Assembly (NCBI GenBank): GCA_964016885.1
Contig: OZ024741.1
Coordinates: 267,034,001-267,098,000 of the forward strand
Source: Eledone cirrhosa
Taxonomy: Eukaryota
Direction of reading: 5' to 3'
Length of the DNA stretch: 64,000 nucleotides
Position numbers and translations under genes: made by a program. Positions 1-14,991 of the stretch are shown here, one piece after another (position 1 is the first letter of the stretch; every line of letters begins with the position of its first letter). The notes under the pieces were generated by a model. It searched no databases and was not told the DNA's origin. It saw only the letters and a program-made list of their open reading frames with translations.

Positions 1-57
1 TGGAAAGCCAGTTGTATTATTTTATGAGATATAATTAAAGTTAAAATATATCTCTCT

Positions 58-182
58 TTCCAAACAATTGTTTCATTATAAGTTTTCTACAAATTGGGAG
101 AATGTTTCCAGTTTATGTAGAAGCCTAACATATATTCATGTAAGAATATATTTAGGTGGGCACTTATAAATCTTCAGTGGAA
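58..182 (-). ncRNA. Type I hammerhead ribozyme, family A
   Basis: Minus strand: TTCCA-CTGAAGA-tTTATAAG...CTTATAAt-GAAA-CAATTG-TT-TGGAA. 5-bp stem I, branched long stem II, palindromic stem III. Confidence 0.85.
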
Positions 183-1048
183 GCCCATTAAACTTTGATA
201 TAAGAAAAAATTTCTTACCGCAGTTAAAAATCGTGTCTGCTAAGCTGCTCCCTCACGCATCGAATGACCGCCAAATTTGAAATTCCAGCAGTTTTTTGAC
301 TGAGGAAGTTTCATAGCGTCACGAAGCGGGAAGGGGAGACAATCACAATACACGAGAATAGAAAAAAATAATATACACTCGGGTTAATTAGTTTTTTCAA
401 AAACATTATCAACGCAACGTGTTAAGAACTCAATTGAAATTAAAAAAATAAATGTATGCGTGTATTAATTACACACGCATATAGATATTTTCTTAGGCTA
501 AAAATAGAAGTGATAGCAAAATAAGAGACCGCATTCCATCACCGCAGCAAATACGGAAGTTTACGCTTTAAAGGCAATTGGGAATGTAAATCTCTGGCCA
601 AATTAAGAGTAAAATATTTAATACACGCGGGTTAATTAGTTATTTAAAACCATTATCAATTCCACGTGTTAAGAACTCAATTAATTAAAAAAAATAAATG
701 TATGCGTGTAATTATTTACACACGCATATATATATTTTCTTAGGCTAAAAACAGAGAAGTGACAACCAAAAAACCTCCATATCACACAACAGTAACAAAT
801 ACGGAAAGTCACCTTTATAAGGTACCTGGAAATAAATACCTCTGGCCAAATCAAGAGTAACATATTTAATACAATAACAGAGATAGCTTAACGCTAAACT
901 CCGACTGGTAACCATCTCACTCAACAAACATTAGGTTATATGTTAGTATAACCCAATTTAAGTGTTTGGGGTGCTAACTATATGTATTTTGTGGAAAGCC
1001 AGTTGTATTATTTTATGAGATATAATTAAAGTTAAAATATCTCTCTCT

Positions 1049-1173
1049 TTCCAAACAATTGTTTCATTATAAGTTTTCTACAAATTGGGAGAATGTTTTC
1101 AGTTTATGTAGAAGCGTAACATATATTCATGTAAGAATATATTTAGGTGGGCACTTATAAATCTTCAGTGGAA
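1049..1173 (-). ncRNA. Type I hammerhead ribozyme, family A
   Basis: Same motif as 58-182, one repeat period downstream. Confidence 0.85.
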
Positions 1174-1245
1174 GCCCATTAAACTTTGATATAAGAAAAA
1201 ATTTCTTACCGCAGTTAGAAATCGTGTCTGCTAAGCTGCTCCCTC

Positions 1246-1270
1246 CTATATGAAAATGTATATATATATG

Positions 1271-1317
<47 letters not shown>

Positions 1318-1318
1318 G

Positions 1319-1386
<68 letters not shown>

Positions 1387-1408
1387 AATATATATATATA
1401 TATGTATA

Positions 1409-1440
<32 letters not shown>

Positions 1441-1478
1441 TATATGATATATATGTATATATATGTATATATGATATA
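1246..1478. repeat. (TA)n microsatellite
   Basis: Direct inspection. Confidence 0.95.
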
Positions 1479-1832
1479 CGAGTGTTGAAGTATAAAGACG
1501 TGTTTTCACTTCTCTCCCCGAGTAAGCAGCAAGTCACACAGCTACAAAACAAAACCAAACAAACCAAACCAAATTGACCGGTCATTTACATTTACATACA
1601 TCTATATTTTTATATATTTGAAACCACGTGTTTACCAACTTGTGAGTACATTTTCCTTTAACTACAAATTATTATATACTTTCGTCCTTTCATTAATTTC
1701 AAACAACCAAATAACCAGAATATATTTATATATATATACTCATATTTATATATACACTTCTCACTTACACACAAGAAAAACAAATATATTGAAATACTTA
1801 ACTAAAACACACACACACACACTCAATACTAG

Positions 1833-2995
1833 AATGGCTTACCAGCAAAAATCCAAACAGGACTGGTCTGATAATGAAATCGACATTCTAATAAACACAT
1901 GGCATTGCCTTACCCAAACAGAAGACATAGATGCTTCATGTCTGAACGACATTGCTAAACGTACAGTTCACCTTTTGAAAACCCGATCTGAACAACAGAT
2001 TCAAAATAAATTAAAGCAAATCGAAGTTGCTTTTATATTAATCAATAAACATTTGGATAAACTACGGTGTGTTGTTACTTCGGACGCTATCCAGCAGCAG
2101 CAACAGCAGCAACACAACAACAGCAGCAACAACGGCAACAACAACAACAGCAACAACAACAACAACAACAACAACAGCAACAACAACAACGACAACAACA
2201 ACAACAACAATGTGAACCACTCCTTGATTCATCAACAATGGCTGATCTACTAAATGAAACTATTGACCTCCCAGTAGCCACTGTCTCACAGCAGGAAACG
2301 CCTCTTCCTTTCGCTGCCCCAGCAGTCCAATCATCACCACTGCCAACATCTCCTCTGCCTACTACTACTACTACTACTACATCTTTGCCTACTGCTATCT
2401 CAAGGAATTTACCTCCTAATACCAGTACAAGAACTCTCCCTCCCACAGCCCACAAAGGTCATCAAAACGTACTCAAACTATCATCTACACCTCTCACAAC
2501 ACACACACACATACCCACTCGAAACCCCATCATTTGCCGCTACTCTCTACGCTATAGAATATGTACGGATAGTGGCTGCAAATTCACCCATTTACCTAGG
2601 ACAAAACGGTCTATCCCCACAAACAGCCACCCCATAATACATACTCTAATTTAACACCAACACAACCACCAATAACTCAAACAAGGAATCCACAAATCTG
2701 CCGCTTTTCCCAGCGAGACAGATTGTGTTTACACCGGGATTGTCCCTTTACCCATCTCCCGGGGACTTGTCGGACAAATGAAAATAAAAATAAAAATAAA
2801 AGCAAAAACAAAAACCATAACCTACATAAAAATAACCACTACCACAGTCACCAACAGTCCCCTAAACAGGAAACTTCTTCCTCTTTTTTAGTCATAATGA
2901 ATCTGGCAAAAGAATTGGAAAAAAACATTCGAGCTATCACCCAGCACCACCCTCCACTATCACCCCACTGCACAAACTCCCATTGCTGCCATTAA
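1833..2995 (+). pseudogene. LINE ORF1-like, frameshifted: Myb/SANT-like N-terminus, poly-Q, Pro/Thr-rich linker, two CCCH-type fingers
   Basis: MAYQQKSKQDWSDNEIDILINTW...; (CAA/CAG)n at 2091-2210; CRYSLRYRICTDSGCKFTH and CRFSQRDRLCLHRDCPFTH in successive frames. Confidence 0.6.
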
Positions 2996-5900
2996 CAAAC
3001 AAACAAATTAACAACACACCAAAACAATTAAAACCATCCACTCTCGCCTCAACATTTTTGCTTAACGCCCAAGGCATCAGCCCTTCCACCAATACTCAAA
3101 AATGGAAGATCAAATTCCTGGAGGACTGGGTTGATGTCCATCCAAACCACACCCCTTTCTTCGTCCTCACTGAAACCCATCTCAGTAACCTCCACTTGGA
3201 AGCCGAGGTGAAAGTGAAAAATTTCAAAGCCATCCGTGCTAATCGCGCTGGCAGAAGAAAGGGTGGGACTGCCATTTATGTCCATAATTCTTTCTCAACA
3301 GAGGCTACGAACATATTTTCTAATGGATACTGCGAAGCAGTCACTGTATTCAGTCAAACCAACAACCTAATAGTAGTTGGGCTCTATAGGCCACCCCAAA
3401 CGCCTCTACCATGCTTCAAGGAATGCCTCAACAGCATAAAGTGTTTCATCCAAGAGTGTCACCCTGACAACATCTTAATGATGGGGGACTTCAACCTCCC
3501 TGGAGTTGACTGGTCCACAAACAGCCTGCCACCAGGTTCTTCTGCCTCAACCTCTGACAGGGAAGCTGTGGAATCGCTTCTTGACTTCATGGATGATTTC
3601 TTCCTGTCCCAACTGGTGCTCGAACCAACGAGGTGCCACAAAAACGTCCTAGACTTAATTTTCAGCAATCACACTGACACTATCCACAATATTGCAGTGG
3701 AGAAAACTCTACTCTCTGATCATGACATGGTTCTCTGTGATCTGAGATTCCACCGTCCAATATACAAACCCAATGTCATCTCTCCTGTCCATCCGTTTGA
3801 CGCTATGGATTTCCACAATGCAAACTGGGAAGCGATCAGTCATGATCTTGCACATCGCGACTGGTCCTTCACGCACACTCACACACACACTAACATCAAA
3901 AAGTCCTGGCAGACATTTGTGGACACTGTTACAAACATATGTGCAAAACACACCCCATTAAGAACTATAAACAAATCTAAGAGCAGAATCCCTAGAAATA
4001 GAAAAACGCTCATCAGGAAAATTAAGAGAACTAACAAAAACATCAACAAGCTGAAATACTGTCAGCAGCAACACATCAACTTGACTGCCATTTCATCACT
4101 AGAGATTAAAAAACATAACCTCCAAAACAATATGATGTCTATCATCAACAATCAGAGAAGAGCTGAAGAGGCATGAGCCATTGAGAAGATCAAACTCAAT
4201 CCCAAAGTGTTCTTTTCATTTGCAAAAAAACACAAAATCACTGGCTCTACTGTTGGCCCTCTAATTGATGAAAATGACACTCTTCAAGACAATGCTAAAA
4301 CCATGGGTGAGATACTGCAGAAACAATACTGCTCTGTTTTCAACAATCCTGATATGGCCGATCTGGGCTGTATCGGCGATGTTACTCCCCATTACACCTT
4401 ATCGGACATAACGTTTGGCGCCCCTGATGTCTTAGCGGCAATAAAGGAAATCAAGCATAATTCAGCAGTAGGTCCCGATAGGTTCCCTGCTTGTGTCTTG
4501 AAGGCGTGTCAACACCAACTTGCATCTCCTCTTGCCAATCTGTGGCGGAACTCACTGGATGCTGGATATGTGCCAGAAAACCTTCTATCCCAGTCTGTTG
4601 TCCCAGTTTTCAAAAAAGGAAACAAATCCCTTGCCGTGAATTACCGTCCAATCTCACTCACCTCTCATATCATTAAGGTATTTGAGCGAGTGGTGAGATC
4701 GCGAATGACTCACTTCCTTGAGAGTAACAATATGCTGAACTCCAACCAGCATGGATTCCGTAATGGAAGGGATTGCCTGACGCAGCTACTGCATCACTTT
4801 GATGACCTTTTGAGAGCCTTGGGAGAGGGTTCCAACACTGATGTTATCTACCTTGATTTCAGCAAAGCCTTTGACAGGGTTGATCACAACATTCTACTGA
4901 GAAAGCTGTCCAATATTGGTGTCACTGGAAAGCTGCTGCAGTGGATCAAGTGCTTCCTGTCAAACAGAACCCAACATGTTGTAGTCGAAGGAGTCAAATC
5001 CAGCCCAGCCAAAGTCAGTAGTGGGATCCCACAAGGTATTGTGTTGGGCCCACTTCTCTTCATCATCTATATTAATGACATCCCTGACATCATCAAACAC
5101 AGCAACATTAGAATTTTCGCTGGTGATTCCAAGCTCCAAAAGGTCATCAATGGCATGGATGACCGGGTAAGCCTTCAGTCAGACCTACTGGCTGTTACCC
5201 AATGGGCGGAAAAGAACAACATGTTACTGAACGAAAACAAATTCGAACTGATCCACTTTGGAAAAGAGGATGCTCTGAAACTCCCATACTCCCTTCCCTC
5301 CAGTGAAACTCTCGTGGCATCTAACAACATCAGAGACTTGGGAGTAACCGTGGACAGCAACAAAAGCTGGGCCACGCATGTAAGCAGCAAAGTTGACATG
5401 GCCCGCAAAATGTGTTCCTGGATCCTCAGAACCTTCCAGTCGAGAGATTCCCACACCATTATCCTTCTCTTCTCCACTTTTGCCCGACCACACCTTGAAT
5501 ACTGTTGTCCACTGTGGTCTCCCCCACACGAAACAAAATATCATGAAACTTGAAGCTCCCCAAAGAGCAATCATGAAAAAGATAGATGGCATGTCAGACC
5601 TTGACTACTGGGGTCGACTAGAAAAGCTGAAACTTTACTCACTCCAACGTCGCCGTGAGCGTTATATTATCTGCTTGATGTGAAAAATGTTTCATCAGCA
5701 CTGCCCAAATGATGTTAGCATCACCTTTAAAATACACCCAAGGCTTGGGCCCCGTGCTATCCGTCCCAAACAAAAATCTAAATCGCAACTCATAACAACA
5801 ATACGGCACAATTATTTCACCTCAATTGGCCCTGCTCTCTTCAACATCACACCAGGACACGTCAAAACAGAAACTGACCACACAAAATTCAAGAGGTCTT

Positions 5901-6004
5901 TGGACAAATTCCTCCAAGTAATCCCGGACAAACCACCCACACCTGGATATGTCTCCGCAAACAGTAATTCTCTTCTCGAATGGGCCATGGTGCCCAAATC
6001 CTGA
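2983..6004 (+). pseudogene. LINE ORF2 (APE endonuclease + RT), disrupted
   Basis: APE motifs LTETHL, GLYRPP, MGDFN, LDLIF, SDH; RT motifs YRPISLTS, QHGFR, YLDFSKAFD, GIPQG, FAGD (FADD mutated). Stop at 4174-4176 and later frameshifts. Confidence 0.92.
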
Positions 6005-6078
6005 ATTGAAAGACTTCGCCAGGTGGTGTTATGAAGTTAGACATGGCCTGGGCCAATACTGGCCAAAACATTTCAAAG

Positions 6079-6163
<85 letters not shown>

Positions 6164-6194
6164 AATATATATATATATATGTATATAGTAATAA

Positions 6195-6783
6195 TAATAA
6201 ATTTGAAGACTAAAATATGTATTCCATGTGCAACCATGCAGTATTCTTCTCCCCATGTTTTTCATATATTTACCTAAACTGCGATTATCTGTTTCTCTCT
6301 TTCTCTCTTACTGCTTCCCTGTTCTCTCTGTTTATCTTACCTTCTTTCGTCCCCTCTGTCAGTTAACACTTTTTCTCGACTGACCTCCTCCTCGCACTTC
6401 CACTCACTCACTCTCTGTTTCTCCCCTTCTCACTTCCTCCCGTTCGCTCGGAGAGGGATTCTTTCTTTCTCACATCCCCTTCACAGCGAAAGGTCTGTTT
6501 CCTGAGCGCTCATGATATTCAGCTTATGCTGATCCGATAACCATGTTGCTTGTTTTTCTTCCCATCTTCGGTTAGCTTTTCCTCCTATGTTGTTTACTTG
6601 TCTCACTAGCTTTACGCGTTTCACTTGTCCCAATAGCTTATTTTAGTTATTGCTCGCACCAACCTGAGGTATATGATTTTTAATGCGATGAAATACCAAT
6701 GATCGTTGGCAAATCACTGATGAGGGACTAATTTTATAATATGTATTCCATGTGCAACCATGCAGTATTCTTCTCCCCGTGTT

Positions 6784-6790
<7 letters not shown>
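6195..6790 (+). mobile_element. ORF-less repeat with ~524-bp period and terminal redundancy (family L)
   Basis: TATGTATTCCATGTGCAACC at ~6216 and ~6740. Homologs on - at 33878-34522 and 34815-34890 share the end abutting (TA)n. Contains CTGATGA. Confidence 0.75.
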
Positions 6791-6847
<57 letters not shown>

Positions 6848-6857
6848 TATATATGTA

Positions 6858-6906
<49 letters not shown>

Positions 6907-6933
6907 GTATGTATATATATATATATGTATATA

Positions 6934-7005
<72 letters not shown>

Positions 7006-7079
7006 TACATATATATATACATATATATATATATACATATATACATATATATGTATATATATATATACATAGTTCACAC

Positions 7080-7911
7080 ATAGCTAGAAATAAGATTAAA
7101 CACAGTTCACCATAGCTAGAAATAAGATTAAACAAATAGTAGACCGGTATACTAAGAGACAGAGCAGACCAGAGGCCCAACATCTTGGAAGGAAACCTGT
7201 AGAAGGCTTGGTTAGCCTCAAGCAGCGCACAAGGGATGGTGAGGTAGTATGTCTACCCACGGATAAGTCTGGTAGGATGTAAATAGATAGCATGCCGAAC
7301 TACATCGAGGCTATGCAACCCCACATCACCAACACGAGCGAAATTGCACAGAAAATACATGATGGGAGAGAGAAAATCCTCAACGCTCACATGATGATGT
7401 GGACCGACATCCTAAAGCCAAGCAGACGCACTGCCAACAACTTCCAGGCGTCTAACAATGGCATACCACCCTTGTATGGGCTCCGCAAAGACCACAAGAC
7501 AGTCGACGACCCGACAACAGGACCACCAACAAGATCCGTATGCGGAGCAAATATAGCTAGCAACTACAGGATCTCCTACTTCCTGTCAATGGTTATACGC
7601 CCCATAATCAAGATGTCCCCAGATGTATGTGACAGTACAGAGGACCTCCTCAGCAGAATCGGTGAGTGCAACAAAAACAGGAACCTATCCAACTGCATAA
7701 TAGGCAGCATGGATGTGGTATCACTGTACCCACCCATTAACATTGATTTTGCTGTGGAAAAATGTGTGGAGATGATCATTGAGAGTGAGGTGGAGTTCTG
7801 CGATGTCGACACAGACGAACTGGGCCTCCTACGTAGACTTACCTACGACATTGACTACCTAGACAGCCATGACCTTAGACGTTTCTGCCCCAGTAGACCC
7901 ATAAGAGGTAG

Positions 7912-7942
<31 letters not shown>

Positions 7943-9900
7943 ACCATAACCTCAATGGCTAAAAAGACTCCCATGGGAAGGTGGATTGGGCGGACCAAAG
8001 CTATACGGACCCCCCAAAACAATGATTAGTTAAGAAAAAAGGCCGCACATGCAATAGTGGCTAGTATCAAAACTACCCTAAAGGGCCACATATTCAAGTT
8101 CAACGAGAAGATCTACACCCAAAATGAGGGAGCAGCCATTGGCGTCAGCATAGCTGGTGACGTTGCCAACCTTTTTATGGTATGGTGGGGAAGGAGACTT
8201 AAAGATCTCCTTAATGAGAGCTCCATAGACCACATCATGTACTCTCGTTACGTAGACGATATCAATATAGTTATAAGAACATCCCCACAAGAGAGCACTA
8301 ACAAGTTGGATTTAGAACGTAGCACAATGGAAAGCATCCAGCAGATAGCTAATTCCATACACCAGAGTATAACTGTAACTATCGACTACCCTTCCAAACA
8401 CCCTAACAATAGACTACCTGTATTAGACACGGAACTCTGAATTAACACTATAGACGAGAGAGCCCAAATTCTCCACTCACACTATGCTAAACCCATGGCC
8501 TCCAAATACCTGATACTCAAAAACTCAGCAATGTCCAGTAGTGCTAAGTTTAATATTCTGATCGCAGACTTGGTACGAGTGATGAAGAACGTGTCCCGCA
8601 TGTGCGACCCAACAGAAATGGAAAGACATCCAACACTTCATCAACCGCATGCAGTTCTCAAGCTACAACCAAAGAGACAGAGTCAGAGTATACGAAGAAG
8701 CCACGGAGAAGTATAAGACCCTCATAGAACTGGACATGAAAGGAATTTGCCCATTATACAGGAGCAAATCATGGAATAGCTTAGATAGGGCTCGACATAA
8801 GATAGGGAAAGCCACCTCATGGTACGACAACCAGAGATATCAGAGTGTCATGTTTCTGGACGCTACCCCTGGAGGGAAATTAGCTAACCAGTGTAGAAAG
8901 GCCCTGAGAAAGACCCACTTAAAGATTAAGGTGGTATAAAAGCCAGGAACCACCATAAAATCCCTGATCAGCAAAACATACCCTTTTAAGAAAACCCACT
9001 GTACTAATAGGAAATGTATCATATGTAAGGTAAACCCCCGGATAAACTGTAAAACTAGAAACGTAGTCTATAGCATAAGATGTACAGAAGATACTTGCAG
9101 AAACATAACAACAACATACATAGGCGAGACAGCTCGCAGCATAGGTGAAAGGATAGACCAACACTGGGGGGGGGGGGGGACTAAAAGGACGAAAAAACGG
9201 TTCAGTACTATACGAACATGCCAGACAACAACACGACGGTAACATAGACAACATAGAAATTAGAATATCTAAACATAGAAATGACCCAGCAGATAGGCAA
9301 ATCAGAGAGGCCAGTGAAATAGAACTTAGAAGGCCAAGACTAAACAGAAAGAATGAATGGAATAACAACAACACCCAAACAAACAACACTGACCTAAGAG
9401 AAGTATAAATAAATAAATAGATAAATAAATAAATACATACACAAGCACAATAACAACAAACACATATAAACACACACTAGTAAAGATAGAATACATAAAC
9501 CAATACACAGTCACCCAATCACGAACACACATCAAACAAAACACTATACACACACGCAAACGCATGCGCAAAGAAGACAAAATAAAATAAACAAATAAAT
9601 AAATATATAAACAGACTAAATAAAGATGGCGTAGAAAATACAATGCAACGGGAGGAAACAATAGCACCACTGACGATGTTGCAAATGTGCAACGAAAGAA
9701 CTTTGATAAATTATATGTGTTTGTGTCTATATTGTATCTGAATTATTTTTGACCGTTGGTCAGTCAATGGCAACATTGAGGACCAAATAAATTAAATTAC
9801 CGATATAAAAGACACAGAAGCGAAAACCAACCAAACAGTGAGTGTGTTCTGTTATTAATTCTGGCAATATTACACAAATATGACCCTCCCCAAGTATAAC
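7080..9900 (+). mobile_element. Penelope-like element (Neptune/Naiad-type): RT, Cys linker, GIY-YIG endonuclease, 3' repeat; decayed
   Basis: GSMDVVSLYP, QNEGAAIG, YSRYVDD; at ~9000-9150 CTNRKCIICKVNPRINC..NVVYSIRC..YIGETARS; HHR at 9666. Confidence 0.9.
9666..9707 (+). ncRNA. Minimal hammerhead ribozyme, family B
   Basis: ACCA-CTGACGA-t-GTTGCA aatg TGCAAC-GAAA-GAAC-TT-TGAT; one mismatch in stem I. Confidence 0.7.
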
Positions 9901-9919
9901 TATATATATATATGTATAT

Positions 9920-10092
9920 ATTCTAGGGTGGGTAAAATTCCCGAGATCCATGGACGAGTTCTCTCCAGCGGTCTCTGTCCCTCATTATCGCTGCCATGTC
10001 CCGCGTCTCCAACACACCAGTGTCTGTCCTTAGGGCATCAACAAACGTTAACCTTGATCTTCCTCTTCCAGTGTGTCCATGTAGGGGCTCCC
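9920..10092 (-). mobile_element. RTE-like LINE 3' fragment
   Basis: Minus strand reads like the [23 protein letters not shown]-terminal region of RTE ORFs; short and degenerate. Confidence 0.4.
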
Positions 10093-10115
10093 ACATATAT
10101 ATGTATATATATATG

Positions 10116-10195
<80 letters not shown>

Positions 10196-10289
10196 TATAT
10201 ATATATATATATAGATATATATATGTATAGATATATATATGTATATATATATGTATATATATATGTGTATATATATATGTATATATATA

Positions 10290-10920
<631 letters not shown>

Positions 10921-10935
10921 GTATATATATATATG

Positions 10936-10967
<32 letters not shown>

Positions 10968-10979
10968 TGTATATATATG

Positions 10980-12790
10980 TCGTCAGAAAGAAACTGATTA
11001 CTTTCCTCGAGGGAGTACAAAAGTGTCTTCACATGTCCACTGAGGCACATGCAAATAACGAAGCCAGAGGAGTTCTTTGATGCCACAACACTACATCAAG
11101 AAATGGCAACCATCAACCACATAGACATAACGGAGGAAGATGTAGTGTACGCCATTGATGAAATTAGAACAGACTCGGCTGCTGGACCTGATGGATTCCC
11201 AGCAGTTCTCCTAAAAATATGTAAGCGGGCCTTAGCAACTCCACTGAAGATGCTCTTCAGAAGCTCCTTGGCTAGCGGTGTACTACCCAGGGAGCTGAAA
11301 GAAGGCACAATATGCCCTATCCATAAAGGAGGTAGTAGAGCGGAGGCCAAGAACTATAGGCCAGTCTCCCTGACGTCGCATATCAGTAAGGTCATGGAGC
11401 GAGTCGTCAGAAAGAAACTAATCACTTTCCTCGAAGAAAATGACCGCCTGACTAGCACGCAACATGGCTTCCGCCCAGGAAGAAGCTGCTACATCACTAC
11501 GACTGGGTACTGAGACAACTACTAGACAGCTCACATGTGGACGTGATATATCTTGACTTTGCGAAGGCTTTTGACAAGTTCGACCACGGAATATGTCACA
11601 AACTACACGGACTCGGAATAACTGGAAAAGTAGGCGAGTGGCTGCATGGCTTCCTAAGGGACAGGCAGTCGCAGCAAATGGGGCCCTCTCAAAGGAAACA
11701 CCAATAACAAGTGGGGTGCCCCAGGGGACAGTCCTGGGACCACTACTGTTTTTGGTGGCTCTCTCAGACATGCCCTCTGTAGTACATACAACAACATCTC
11801 TCACTAGCTATGCTGATGACACTAAGGTAGCACAGGCAATCAAAAACCCGGCTGACGCTGCCCTTTTACAGCAGGATCTGGCTGCCATATACAAATGGGT
11901 GGAAGAAAACAACATGCAGTTTAATGCTGGCAAATTCCAAGCCCTACAATACAAACCTCCAAACAAACCTGCAAACACAAATATAGTGGAACACAACTAC
12001 ACAGGACCAGGTGGGACTGATATTCCCGTGTCAAAATCGATACGAGACCTGGGCATAGACATGAGCGATGATGCATCTTTTTCTTCACACATCATGAAAG
12101 TGGCGACAATGTGCAGACGACTCGCTGGCTGGATCTTGAGGACTTTTCGGACAAGAGATCGAGACACCATGTTGACACTATGGAGGACTTTTGTCCTAAG
12201 CCGCCTGGACTACTGCTCCCAGCTGTGGTCACCCCATAGTGTCAAATTAACCTCGGAGCTTGAGGCAATCCAGCGAAGCTACACCAAGAGGATTGCCAAG
12301 ATGAGGGAGACAAGCTACTGGGAGAGGCTAAAGGAACTGAACCACTACTCCTTGGAGCGAAGACGGGAGAGATACGCAGTGATCTACATGTGGAAAATCC
12401 TGGAGGGACTAGCACCAAACTTTGGCATTGGGTGCTGGACCAACCGTCGAACAGGACGTCACTGTGTGGTGCCAAAGGTCCCGTCTTCCACATCTAGAAT
12501 AAGGAGCAGGTATTGCAATAGCCTGGGATTCAAGGGCCCTCAACTCTTCAACAGGCTGCCGAGGGATCTGAGAGACTTGCATGACGTGGAGGTGGATGTC
12601 TTCAAGAAACATCTCGACACCTTGTTATCCAGGATCCCGGATGAGCCCACAGCAAGACACGTGGGAAACCTAAGGGCAGCAGCAACAAACTCCCTCTTAC
12701 ACCAGTGGCCAACCTATACAGGCTGGAGATAAAATGTGTAGCAACAAGGGCGGATGGCTGAAACAGGTAAAAGAGTAAAAGAATAAAGGA
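10980..12790 (+). mobile_element. 5'-truncated CR1/L2-group LINE (RT and C-terminus)
   Basis: AAGPDGF, YRPVSLTS, QHGFRPGRSC, GVPQGTVLGP, YADD; frameshifted around 11480-11660. Confidence 0.9.
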
Positions 12791-13630
<840 letters not shown>

Positions 13631-14790
13631 ACATTAATTACAAAATTTCTTGGAGAAAAATTTGCAACGCTTCTCCCTATTTTAATGCTTCCCTATCCAG
13701 AACTTGTAATTTATGCCTAGCGGATAAATTTACCATTAATTATATAATAAATAGACGCTGATTTCCCTTTTTAGAGAGTTAATATGCAGGGGGAAGCATT
13801 GTCTAGAGCACTATATAGGACAGACAAAAAACAGCCTCCGTCAACGTATGACCGTCCATAAATCACAAATTAAAATACAGGAATACAGAAAGATTGCATT
13901 TAGTGAACATATCGCCAATTGTGCTCTCAACCAATATCCAAACTTTAAAATTTTCCCTATTTACAAATTCATAGACAACGCTACTTTCATCCAACGCACC
14001 AATAAGGAAACATATTTCATTAATAAATTCCAACCAGTACTCAATGCTCTAAGATTCGGACCTTTCTAAAACTGCAACAAACCATCAAACATTTACAAGA
14101 GTTACCTCCCTCACACCCTACCTAATCCTTTTTCTTAAATAAATTAAATATCACCCAGCAAGAATTGCTTCCCCCTGCATATTAACTCTCTAAAAAGGGA
14201 AATCATATCAAACCACAGTCCACCATTTGCTTCCTTTACGGAACCATGGTTCAACTAAACATTCTTGCGATATTAACACATTTTGAACTGATTAACTTCA
14301 ATGACTGTGATTGTAAATAACATTAACTTTTCTTCCACGTTGACTTTTTACGTTCCACATTATGCACGGTTTTTTTTCCTTTTTCTTTTTTCTTTTCACT
14401 TCTTAAACCTTGTTTGTATATAACATTATTCTTTCTGCACCTTCTGTTTAACATGTGCGACACCACACCAATACATTTCACTATCATTTGATAATGCATA
14501 TAAATGCAGAAACCGGTAATAGACAATAATTAAATATATAAATAGATAAATAAATGCCATTGTTAAATAATAAATAAATCAACTAATACCTTAACACTTC
14601 ACACAAAGTAAAACATTTCGTTTTAATCATTTTCTAACCCAGAAAAAAGAGAGAGAGACACAAAAAAAAGGAAAAAAATTTTTTTTTTCTTCCTCATAAT
14701 CGTCTCTTTCTCCGTTTTCATATATATATATATATATATATCCTAACTCGTCTGCCTCCTCTCCACATTTTATTATTATAAGTATATATA
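13631..14790 (+). mobile_element. Composite PLE fragments: endonuclease C-terminus, a GIY-YIG piece of another family, and a 3' repeat with degenerate HHR
   Basis: [20 protein letters not shown] (like 18065 ORF); YIGQTKNSLRQRMTVHKSQIK..ETYFINKFQPVLN; ttGATaA-TGCAT ataa ATGCA-GAAA-CCGG-TA at 14488-14518. Confidence 0.75.
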
Positions 14791-14813
14791 TATATATATG
14801 TATATATGTATAC

Positions 14814-14851
<38 letters not shown>

Positions 14852-14866
14852 GTATATATATATATG

Positions 14867-14919
<53 letters not shown>

Positions 14920-14937
14920 GTATATATATATATATAC

Positions 14938-14989
<52 letters not shown>

Positions 14990-14991
<2 letters not shown>

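Larger units (their letters stand above)
1..1245 (-). mobile_element. ORF-less HHR-bearing tandem element, family A (991-bp period; runs off the window start)
   Basis: Sequence at 1 recurs at ~992. Internal ~250-bp duplication (~375-625 vs ~625-870). Homologous copies at ~10290-10778 (opposite strand), 25615-26545 and 27470-28060. Confidence 0.85.
1479..6081 (+). mobile_element. Near full-length CR1/L2-group LINE, decayed
   Basis: ORF1-like region followed by APE endonuclease and RT; flanked on both sides by (TA)n. Confidence 0.9.

Noticed and set aside
14488-14520. HHR-like motif with GAAA-CCGG-TA
   Set aside because: Core reads TTGATAA (two invariant positions changed); treated as a dead copy.
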